The position numbers and the translations under genes were made by a program. The notes beneath the pieces were generated by a model that was not told the DNA's origin, searched no databases, and was given only the letters and a program-made list of their open reading frames with translations. 24,000 bases of DNA from Candidatus Caldarchaeum sp. Its GTDB lineage: Archaea; Thermoproteota; Nitrososphaeria_A; Caldarchaeales; Caldarchaeaceae. Shown here piece by piece: positions 16,434 through 23,557 of this stretch. Within the stretch, counting starts at the first letter, position 1. Each line of letters begins with the position of its first letter. The DNA lies in the NCBI GenBank assembly GCA_038740895.1, contig JAVYLK010000006.1, forward strand, positions 1-24,000. The letters are read 5' to 3'.

Positions 16434-16994
16434 TTAGGTTTTGCTCCGCCACGTCAGCAGGTAGGCGAGTCCTCCGAGCAGCACTCCAGCTGCTAGAACG
16501 AAGATGAATGCAGCTATCCAGGTTGGATAGCCCAGCGGTATTCCGTAGAATATGTTGACGTGCACTTGGCCCGCATTCCACCCACGTCCTCCAACCTCGA
16601 CCGGAAGCATGGCAGCCCCTCCCAGATAGCCGCCAATCATCATCATCCACGTAGCTCCTACGACGCCGACGTTCATCAATATGAGGTGGAGCCATGCCAA
16701 GGTGTTTGCAACACCCTTGAAAGGCTTGCCTAGGACGTTTTCGATGTAGTGGTAGAAAAGGGCTGTCACCGCTACACCCATCACCCCGACAATCAAGTAT
16801 GTCGTGTACCCTACTGTGAACCAGTTGCCGGCGCTTCCGAAGGCGATGACCCTGCTGAACTCAGGCCTCATGAACCCTAGCTGCCCTATCACCCAGAACA
16901 ACGTCAGCCCTGTCGCAAGAGCGCCCTGCACGATCGCAGCCGATATGAACCTAGAAGCCCACTTTGAAACCAAAACTTTCTGGGACACGTCCAA
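16434..16994 (-). CDS. Polytopic membrane protein, possible short heme-copper oxidase subunit I-like protein
   Basis: 186 aa, TTG start, about five TM segments; His residues in FYHYIENVLG and AWLHLILMNVGVVGATW. Confidence 0.45.
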   Translation of the reverse strand: MDVSQKVLVSKWASRFISAAIVQGALATGLTLFWVIGQLGFMRPEFSRVIAFGSAGNWFTVGYTTYLIVGVMGVAVTALFYHYIENVLGKPFKGVANTLAWLHLILMNVGVVGATWMMMIGGYLGGAAMLPVEVGGRGWNAGQVHVNIFYGIPLGYPTWIAAFIFVLAAGVLLGGLAYLLTWRSKT

Positions 16995-17109
16995 GTTATC
17001 TACTTACGTGTTATTAAATAATTACGTTCACATGTCTACAAAGCTGCGCAAAAGCGTGAAGATGCACGCCACTAAGGTATTTATTAGTGCGGTGGTAGAT
17101 GTTAGCTGC

Positions 17110-17240
17110 GGGCCCGTAGCTCAGAATGGATAGAGAGGGTCGTGGCTGTAGACCCCTAGAATACCGGCCTTCTAAGTCGGGGGTCGTGAGCACGGGGCTG
17201 GAAAGCCTCTGCCGACAGGGTTCAAGTCCCACCGGGCCCG
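17110..17240 (+). tRNA. tRNA-Arg (TCT) with two introns: D-stem (approx. 17136..17161) and T-stem (approx. 17189..17218)
   Basis: Exons give GGGCCCG TA GCTC AGAATGGATA GAG | TA CCGGC CTTCTAA GTCGG GGGTC GTG | GG TTCAAGT CCCAC CGGGCCC G. T-stem intron has bulge-helix-bulge GTCG-TGA-...-CGAC-AGG. Confidence 0.92.
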
Positions 17241-17361
17241 CAGCCATGATCAAAAAAGCCTGCACACATAACGGTCTGTAACAGAGGTTTTGGCGGCAGC
17301 TCTGTCGAGTTTTACCAAAAATGGTTTTTAAATCCTTAGTAGCCTATAAGAGCGGCGACAA

Positions 17362-17436
17362 GCCCTGGTAGCTCAGCCCGGTTAGAGCGGCCGCCTCGTA
17401 AGCGGCAGGTCGAGGGTTCAAAGCCCTCCCAGGGCT
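17362..17436 (+). tRNA. tRNA-Thr (CGT)
   Basis: GCCCTGG/CCAGGGC acceptor; GCCGC-CTCGTAA-GCGGC anticodon arm; GAGGG-TTCAAAG-CCCTC T-arm; discriminator T. Confidence 0.95.
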
Positions 17437-18075
17437 TCATCTTGTTTTGGGTTTTGATGCTTTTATGACCCATGGTGTCCAGACGTTTTCTAGGGCTTTG
17501 GCTCGGTGGATGGTGTTGAGGATTATGACGGAGGGGATTAGGCTGAATGCCGTGTGGATGATGTTGTAGACTGCTGTGAAGAAAAGGACCAGCAAAAGGC
17601 CTTGGAGGTCTGCTGCTAGGCTTATGCCTAGGAAAGCTGAGAGCATCATCGTTGCGAAGTTCAGGAATTCTGGGAACATCATCACGAGCACGACGTAGTT
17701 GGCAGCGGTGAGGATCATCACTCTCACTGCAGTTCCCACAACTGCTCCTCCTCCAACCATGGTTCTGAAGCTCCGCCCCGACATCAGCCTTGATCCAGCC
17801 CAGAGCCCCATCAGCGAGGAAAACACAGCCAAAAACTTCAGCGTTGGGCCGACGGGAGTAAACTCGCCGACAGCCAGAAGAGCCATGTAGTATATCACAG
17901 CTGCCAGAAACCCTGACGCTGGGCCGAACCCCAGCAAGGCCGTGAAGACAGGTATCTCAGCAGGGTCGAACCTTAAGTATGGTACCGGCGGGAACGGGAA
18001 GCTCAACGGAAGCACAGCTAGGACGAGGGCAAGCGCAGCCATCGAAGCGCCTGAAGTTATGGTTGTGAGCCTCAT
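17437..18075 (-). CDS. ECF-type transporter S component / RibU-like membrane protein
   Basis: 212 aa; PLSFPFPPVPYLRFDPAEIPVFTALLGFGPASGFLAAVIYYMALL is characteristic of ECF S components. Ends directly against the tRNA-Thr gene. Confidence 0.7.
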   Translation of the reverse strand: MRLTTITSGASMAALALVLAVLPLSFPFPPVPYLRFDPAEIPVFTALLGFGPASGFLAAVIYYMALLAVGEFTPVGPTLKFLAVFSSLMGLWAGSRLMSGRSFRTMVGGGAVVGTAVRVMILTAANYVVLVMMFPEFLNFATMMLSAFLGISLAADLQGLLLVLFFTAVYNIIHTAFSLIPSVIILNTIHRAKALENVWTPWVIKASKPKTR

Positions 18076-18152
18076 TTCCGCAAGGACGAAGGTTGTTGGT
18101 TTTTAATAGGTGTTGAGTACCTACGTAGAGTCTTTTCATGCTTAAAACCCGA

Positions 18153-18161
18153 GACTTAAAT
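18153..18161 (+). promoter_or_regulatory. Putative archaeal TATA box for the CBS-domain gene
   Basis: gacttaaatag, centred about 26 nt upstream of the in-frame ATG at 18183. Confidence 0.5.
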
Positions 18162-18182
18162 AGAATACAAGTGGATGCCAAG

Positions 18183-19346
18183 ATGCAGATGAAGGCTTCT
18201 GACGTTATGATGACCGAGTTTCCGTCGGTCTACGAAAACGACCCGCTGACCAAGATAATCGGGTTTTTCATGGAGAGAAGAGCAGACGTGGTTGTGGTGC
18301 AGGAGCAGACTGACAACAAGCTTCTGGGGATAGTGACGAAGAGGTCCATCCTGAAGCCGAACCTCAACCCCTCCACGGTTCTGGCCAAGACGCTGGCTGT
18401 CAAAACTCCGAGGATACTCCCCTCGGACAACCTCGAGAAGGTGGCTTCTCAGATGCTTGAGAAGAACCTCAAAGGCATACCCGTGACTTCTGGAGGCAGG
18501 CCTGTTGGGCTTGTCGCAGCAACTGACGTCATACTCAACTCGCAGAACTCTCTCGGCAAGGTCGAGGTAGGGCAAGTAATGACCAAGGACGTCATTACAA
18601 TCGGCTCGAACGACACGATAGGCAAGGCCATTTCGCTTATGCGGGATGAGGGCGTATCGCGTCTTCCCGTTGTTGAGGGCGGCAGGCTGGTTGGCATCGT
18701 CACCGTCTCGGACATAGCTGAGAAAGTCATAAAACCCAGGATCAAGGCGTCGTGGGGGGATGTCGTCGGCGAAAGAGTTAGGACGTTGAGCAACCCTGTC
18801 AAGAGCATAATGACGAGGAACGTTATAACAACTCAGCCTAGGGAGAAGATAGTGTCGGCCGTCGAGCGGATGAAGGTCCACGGCTTGTCATGCCTTGTGG
18901 CGACTGAGATGAACAGGGTTGTGGGTATATTCACTTTGATGGATGCTTTAGAACCGTTGGTGGCTAGGCAAGAGGGTGAGAGGAGGACCATCTCGATAGA
19001 GGTGAGCTACAAGCTGGAAAGAGTTGACATGGACGTCAAGGAGAGCGTGCTCGAAGTAGCCGAGAAATTCGTGCAGAGGTTCCGGAAAACACTAGGCCAC
19101 GGCGTTCTGAGCCTTTACTTCAAGGAGCACAAGGAAAAACACGGAGACCTCAAGCTCATCCACTGCAGGGCGAGACTGAACTCCGACAGGTATCAGTTTG
19201 TCGGCATCGGCGAGGCCTGGAGACCTGACTTGGCGGCGAGAACTGCCCTGAAGGTAATCGAGAGGCAGTTCCTCGTGAGGAAAGAGCTGGCGTCCAAGTA
19301 CCCCTACGGAAGAGAGTTCTTCGAAAGCCTGACCGGAGCCTACTGA
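18183..19346 (+). CDS. Tandem CBS-domain protein with C-terminal HPF/RaiA(S30AE)-like domain
   Basis: The track ORF begins at 18138, but a TATA-like element lies inside that extension, so ATG 18183 (or 18189) is preferred. Four CBS units (MKASDVMMTEFPSVYENDPL..., VKTPRILPSDNL..., VGQVMTKDVITIG..., VKSIMTRNVITT...) then ISIEVSYKLERVDMDVKESVLEVAEKFVQRFRK...VGIGEAWRPDLAARTALKVIERQF. Confidence 0.85.
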   Translation: MQMKASDVMMTEFPSVYENDPLTKIIGFFMERRADVVVVQEQTDNKLLGIVTKRSILKPNLNPSTVLAKTLAVKTPRILPSDNLEKVASQMLEKNLKGIPVTSGGRPVGLVAATDVILNSQNSLGKVEVGQVMTKDVITIGSNDTIGKAISLMRDEGVSRLPVVEGGRLVGIVTVSDIAEKVIKPRIKASWGDVVGERVRTLSNPVKSIMTRNVITTQPREKIVSAVERMKVHGLSCLVATEMNRVVGIFTLMDALEPLVARQEGERRTISIEVSYKLERVDMDVKESVLEVAEKFVQRFRKTLGHGVLSLYFKEHKEKHGDLKLIHCRARLNSDRYQFVGIGEAWRPDLAARTALKVIERQFLVRKELASKYPYGREFFESLTGAY

Positions 19347-19519
19347 CCCTTCTCCTCCTTCATCATGGCCAAGTATTCGTCAACCTCCATCTCGATGATT
19401 AGGGAGCCGACGTATCCGCATGACCCACACCTGTAAACCTTCCCGAGATAGCCTCCAAGATGAAGGTCGATGCTCGTGCCCTTGCAAGAAGGACAGACCT
19501 GAACAACTTTCTTCTTCAA
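19340..19519 (-). CDS. Small zinc-ribbon protein, 59 aa (not in the supplied ORF track; TTG start)
   Basis: Translates MKKKVVQVCPSCKGTSIDLHLGGYLGKVYRCGSCGYVGSLIIEMEVDEYLAMMKEEKGQ*, with CPSC/CGSC pairs; TGAGGAAG lies just upstream of the TTG, and it overlaps the mrp stop by 4 nt (TTGA). Confidence 0.75.
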   Translation of the reverse strand: MKKKVVQVCPSCKGTSIDLHLGGYLGKVYRCGSCGYVGSLIIEMEVDEYLAMMKEEKGQ

Positions 19520-20613
19520 ACTTCCTCAGCCTTGGCCCCACTCCGGTGGGCTAAGACGCTTATCTTTGAGGCCACGTTTCGCGCCATTTCTTGGAAGGCT
19601 TTGGCAGCGGGAGATGCAGGGTCTGCCAGTACTATGGGAAGTCCTTTGTCGTAGTTGACGGAGACGTCTGGAACTAGGGGGATTCGGCCGAGGACAGGTA
19701 TGTCTAGCTCTTCAGCCATGCTGTCTATGACGCTCTCCCCGAACAGCTTGGACGCTGTTCCGCAGCAAGGGCAGACGAAGTGGCTCATGTTCTCGACCAC
19801 GCCGATAACGGGGATTCCGAGCCTCCTGAACATTCTCAAAGCTTTCGCCGCTATGACGGATGCGGCTGCTTGAGGAGTTGAGACAACCACGACGCCTGTT
19901 AACGGGATTGTCTGAGCTAGGGTGAGGGAGGCGTCTCCTGTCCCCGGGGGAAGGTCGACGACTAGGTAGTCTAGGTCGCCCCACACAGCCTCCGTAAGAA
20001 GTTGTTTGACGGCGCTAGCCACTAAGGGCCCTCTCCAGATTACCGCCGTGTTTTCGTCGACGAATAGGCCTAGGGACATCACCTTGATTCCCAGCATTAT
20101 CCTGGCGGGGTCCACCTTATTCTTTCCCAGAATCTTCGGAGGCTGGACCACTTTGACGATCTTCGGCATCATAGGTCCGTAGATGTCTGTATCGACCAGC
20201 CCGACCTTTGCGCCAGCGAGAGCAAGGCTGCAGGCCAGGTTGATGGAGACCGTCGTCTTTCCCACCCCACCCTTGCCGCTTGCGACCGCTATCACGTTCT
20301 TAACCCTCGAAAGCTCGTCCAAGCCGGCGGCCGAAGGCCTGGCTGACCATACACGAGCCGTGACCTTCATGTCCAACTCCTCAACACCCGGAACCGCTTG
20401 GACAGCTCGCCGAACGCTGTCTTCAATCTCCTTGTTAAAAGGGCATGCAGGCGTAGTGAGCTCCAGAGTGAAGCTAACCTTGGCGCCGTCGATGCTCAAG
20501 TCCTTTATCATGCCGAGGGAGACGACGTCAATCTTAAGGTCGGGGTCGATTACCGTCCGGAGAGAGCTCAGAACCTTGTCCCTGTCAACCAAGAAACCCA
20601 CACGCCAACTCAC
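19516..20613 (-). CDS. Mrp/NBP35 family Fe-S cluster carrier P-loop ATPase with N-terminal MIP18/DUF59 domain
   Basis: 365 aa; VIAVASGKGGVGKTTVSINLA, VDTDIYGPMMP, SHFVCPCCG cluster-binding CxxC, N-terminal DPDLKIDVVSLGMIKDLSI. Confidence 0.95.
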   Translation of the reverse strand: MSWRVGFLVDRDKVLSSLRTVIDPDLKIDVVSLGMIKDLSIDGAKVSFTLELTTPACPFNKEIEDSVRRAVQAVPGVEELDMKVTARVWSARPSAAGLDELSRVKNVIAVASGKGGVGKTTVSINLACSLALAGAKVGLVDTDIYGPMMPKIVKVVQPPKILGKNKVDPARIMLGIKVMSLGLFVDENTAVIWRGPLVASAVKQLLTEAVWGDLDYLVVDLPPGTGDASLTLAQTIPLTGVVVVSTPQAAASVIAAKALRMFRRLGIPVIGVVENMSHFVCPCCGTASKLFGESVIDSMAEELDIPVLGRIPLVPDVSVNYDKGLPIVLADPASPAAKAFQEMARNVASKISVLAHRSGAKAEEV

Positions 20614-20645
20614 AGCCCTGGAGTTTATTTATGTGTTTCCTATCA

Positions 20646-21152
20646 TCAAATTATGTTTACAAGCTTCCACGCAGCGTCGTCCACGTGATGGATGTTTTTA
20701 ACCACCCTGCCCCTCGAGGCCTCAGCAGCCTCGGACGAGTTTATCAAAGCGCTGCCGACAGCCAGAGGCTGTGAATGCTTGTCATCCCTCACAACAACCA
20801 GTTCGCCCTGCTTGAACTCGTCCATCCTCGTGATTCCGGGCCTCATGACGTCTGCGCCCGAAGCTATTCTGGGAACAGCTCCCTTGTCGACCCATACTGA
20901 CGGCAGCCTGTCGACGATCTCGGCGTTCGGCTTGACTAGTACGGGGACCAGCCAAGCCTCCTTCTCCACGAAGACGTAAGGCCCTAGAACAATCAAAGAA
21001 ACCTTCTCAGCGTCAACCCTCTCGACACCACGCTTTACAAGCTTCTTCAGCTGCCCCTGGTCCAGAAAGCTACTAAGCCCTTCGACGACCTTCTCAGCTT
21101 CCTGCGAAGGCAGAGTCCTCCTCCTCAACAACCCATCACAGCCAGCCTTCAA
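20646..21152 (-). CDS. PUA-domain RNA-binding protein, MCT-1/COG2016-like
   Basis: 168 aa; LPSVWVDKGAVPRIASGADVMRPGITRMD...GELVVVRDDKHSQPLAVGSALI is a classic PUA pattern. Confidence 0.8.
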   Translation of the reverse strand: MKAGCDGLLRRRTLPSQEAEKVVEGLSSFLDQGQLKKLVKRGVERVDAEKVSLIVLGPYVFVEKEAWLVPVLVKPNAEIVDRLPSVWVDKGAVPRIASGADVMRPGITRMDEFKQGELVVVRDDKHSQPLAVGSALINSSEAAEASRGRVVKNIHHVDDAAWKLVNII

Positions 21153-21204
21153 TAAAAAAATGAGTCAAAAACCCAAAATAGCACGAAGACGACGTTGCGT
21201 CTAA

Positions 21205-21289
21205 GCGGGGGTTGCCAAGCCTGGTCAACGGCGCAGGGCTTAGGACCCTGTCCCGTAGGGGTTCGTGGGTTCAAATCCCACCCCCCGCA
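21205..21289 (+). tRNA. tRNA-Leu (TAG)
   Basis: GCGGGGG/CCCCCGC acceptor; CAGGG-CTTAGGA-CCCTG anticodon arm; type II variable arm; GTGGG-TTCAAAT-CCCAC T-arm. Confidence 0.95.
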
Positions 21290-21389
21290 CATAACTAAAC
21301 AATTTCGTGACGTGCAGGGAAAACTATAGGACAATGCCCACATAAGCTGAAAGAAAATGTGGAAGCTAGGCGTGCAGACGCTTTGTGTC

Positions 21390-21656
21390 TTATAAGAGTT
21401 TTATTGCTTCCTCCCTCGGGATAGCTGTTAAAGTTTCTATCCACACGAAGTCAGAAACTGTGATAGCCATCTTAAGGGCTTCTTTTTCACCTGGGGCTTC
21501 GAAGGTGACTGCTACATCATAGCGTCCAAGGGTCCAATACCAGCCTAGAATTTTAATTCCGGTTTTCTGAAGCTCCTCCTGAATCGTTTTTGTGGATTGC
21601 TGCACCATCCCATTGCTTGGTTTTTCCTTAAACTTGCCCAAACTAATGAAAATCAC
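21390..21656 (-). CDS. GYD domain-containing protein
   Basis: 88 aa; MIFISLGKFKEK...TGIKILGWYWTLGRYDVAVTFEAPGEKEALKMAI matches the GYD pattern (G-x-YD). Confidence 0.8.
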   Translation of the reverse strand: MIFISLGKFKEKPSNGMVQQSTKTIQEELQKTGIKILGWYWTLGRYDVAVTFEAPGEKEALKMAITVSDFVWIETLTAIPREEAIKLL

Positions 21657-21673
21657 ACTAATCGCCTCATTCC

Positions 21674-22111
21674 TCAGAGACGTGACCTTGGACCAAGGCT
21701 ATTCTCTATAACGCCCAGCTGACGCAACATCCCCAACTCATCATAGTTCTCCCACTCCTCCACAACCTTGCCATCCCTAAATCTCATGACACCTATAGTC
21801 CTAATCGATATCTTTTTGTTCGTGGGAGGCAAGCCCATCAGATCACCACTATTGGTTCCCGATATTGTCATACGATAGCATAGCTTGTCGCCGGCTGTGA
21901 AGATGTCGTCCACATGAATATGCATATCTGGAAAAGCTTTCAGCATTTCACTGATGAACTGTCTCCAATCTTCCCTTGTCAGATTAGCTGTCTCACCATT
22001 TCCATGGTAAACAAATCCCCTATCATATAGCTCGTCTATAACACTTAGTTCTTTTCGATTGTATGAATCAACCACCTTGTGCACGGCGCTTTCCATTTCA
22101 ATTGCTGTCAT
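21674..22111 (-). CDS. SnoaL-like / NTF2-fold ester cyclase-like protein
   Basis: 145 aa; ADMHIHVDDIFTAGDKLCYRMTISGTNSGDLMGLPPTNKKISIRTIGVMRFRDGKVVEEWENYDELGMLRQLG-type motif. Confidence 0.85.
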   Translation of the reverse strand: MTAIEMESAVHKVVDSYNRKELSVIDELYDRGFVYHGNGETANLTREDWRQFISEMLKAFPDMHIHVDDIFTAGDKLCYRMTISGTNSGDLMGLPPTNKKISIRTIGVMRFRDGKVVEEWENYDELGMLRQLGVIENSLGPRSRL

Positions 22112-22452
22112 GAGAAGGGGTGGTCCGTGTGGCTATTATATTCGGCATAGCTACGTCAAAACCGGTTAGTCATACACCCTTAATTACGATCACATAGGCT
22201 GATTTAATAGGTCGATAAAAATAAACGGATAGATCTGTCGGATGAGAAACGCCGTTCAAAAGGCTCTTATGGCGTGGTCTCTGTCCGGCCGCTTGCGTCA
22301 GCCAGTGCTGCCTGATCGGCCCTCTTCAGCCAGCCAGAGTATTCCTCAAAGAGCTATTCTCTCCGCTATAGTCTGCCTCGCAACCTACTAAAAGTTTCCT
22401 TTTTCCGTCTCTGTTATATACATTATGTTCCAAGGCTTGTAATTGCTCTAAC

Positions 22453-22460
22453 TTTATAAT
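22453..22460 (+). promoter_or_regulatory. Putative TATA box for the Hod-like gene
   Basis: tttataat centred about 27 nt upstream of ATG at 22483. Confidence 0.5.
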
Positions 22461-22482
22461 CAGACGGGTGAAGTCTGACGCA

Positions 22483-23271
22483 ATGGTAAAGGTAACTTCA
22501 GAGGGGGTGGAAATCGTTTATGATGACGTAGGAAATGGATAACCAGCACTGTTGTTTATGCCGGGCTGGTGCCGTAACCGAACGGTTTTCCAAGACTTGG
22601 CTCCAGGATGCAGTGCGCATAGGCGGACACTCGTTCTTGACTGGCGAGGCCACGGGGGATCAGGACAACCTAAGGGCGATTTTGGGTTCGGTGAGCTGGT
22701 ATCAGATGCGATAGCAGTGATAGAAGCCAGCGGGTCCCAACAAGTTGTTCCGGTTGCACTTGCCCACAGCGGCTGGATAGCCATCGAGTTAAGGCGTAGG
22801 TTGAGGCAACGGATTCCAAAACTTGTGTTAGTCGACTGGATAGTTCTCGAACCACCTAAGCCGTTTCTTGAAGCCCTAAAGGGAATGCAAGACCCTGATA
22901 AGTGGCGGCAGACAGTAGAACACATCTTCTCACAATGGTTACAGTGCGCAGACAACAAGAGGCTTATCCAGTTTGTTCGCCGAGAGATGGGGTCGTATGG
23001 TTTCCAGATGTGGGCGAGAGCAGCAAGAGAGATTGCTGCAGCCTACGCAGAGTCAGGAAGCCCTCTCCACGCTCTATCTTCATTTAACCCGCCTCTTCCT
23101 GTATTGCATCTGTATGCTCAGCCACCCGACCCAAACTATTTGGCAGCCCAACAAAAGTTTGCTTCTTCACATTCATGGTTCAACGTGCTCAAGCTAGAAG
23201 CACGCAGCCACTTCCCGATGTTCGAGGTCTCTGACCAGATGGCATCCGCCATAGAGCGGTTTGTTAGGTAG
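22483..23271 (+). pseudogene. Alpha/beta hydrolase of the cofactor-free 2,4-dioxygenase (Hod/Qdo-like) family, interrupted by in-frame TAA at 22540..22542 (residual ORF 22552..23271)
   Basis: MVKVTSEGVEIVYDDVGNG*PALLFMPGWCRNRTVFQDL...LDWRGHGGSG...FLPVS/PVALAHSGW...LVDWIVLEPPKPFLEALKGMQDPDKWR...SHFPMFEVSDQ; residues on both sides of the TAA belong to a contiguous alpha/beta-hydrolase N-terminus. Confidence 0.7.
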
Positions 23272-23557
23272 TGGGAAAACGAGATTGCATAAAATCGTGG
23301 GGCGAAAAGTCTTCGCAGTAATGGCGGAGATTCGGTTGTTGGATATCTTCTCAGAACGCTAGCTTAAACGTTGTGATTGCTATTTACGAGGAGCTCCTGC
23401 ACTATGGGGTGCAGGAAGTTGAAGCCGCTGTCATTTACCATTCCATGTTGGGTTTTCTGTCTTTAATCTCAGATGATTAAAAGGTATGCCTCACGCTCTA
23501 AAGACATGTCTCCAACGTAACTTTATTGATATTGAATGGGGTAGCTAACGATGGCCG

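Noticed and set aside
17014-17265. 83-aa minus-strand ORF
   Set aside because: Antisense to tRNA-Arg and its introns; the tRNA exons fully explain this region.
20183-20701. 172-aa plus-strand ORF
   Set aside because: Antisense to the Mrp/NBP35 gene, whose P-loop and DUF59 signatures are unambiguous.
21205-21289. tRNA-Leu as an attachment site of an integrated element
   Set aside because: No duplicated tRNA 3' end, integrase or plasmid/virus-like gene seen downstream within the window.
21149-21343. 64-aa minus-strand ORF containing CGGWDLNPRTPTG
   Set aside because: It is the antisense translation of the tRNA-Leu gene, a classic artefact.
22255-22345. Minus-strand string LFEEYSGWLKRADQAALADASGRTETTP
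   Set aside because: Only about 29 codons between stops, no start or family match; could be chance or decayed DNA, too weak to call.
22518-22958. 146-aa minus-strand ORF
   Set aside because: Low-complexity Ser/Thr/Arg-rich antisense of the Hod-like gene, which has a recognisable family pattern on the plus strand.
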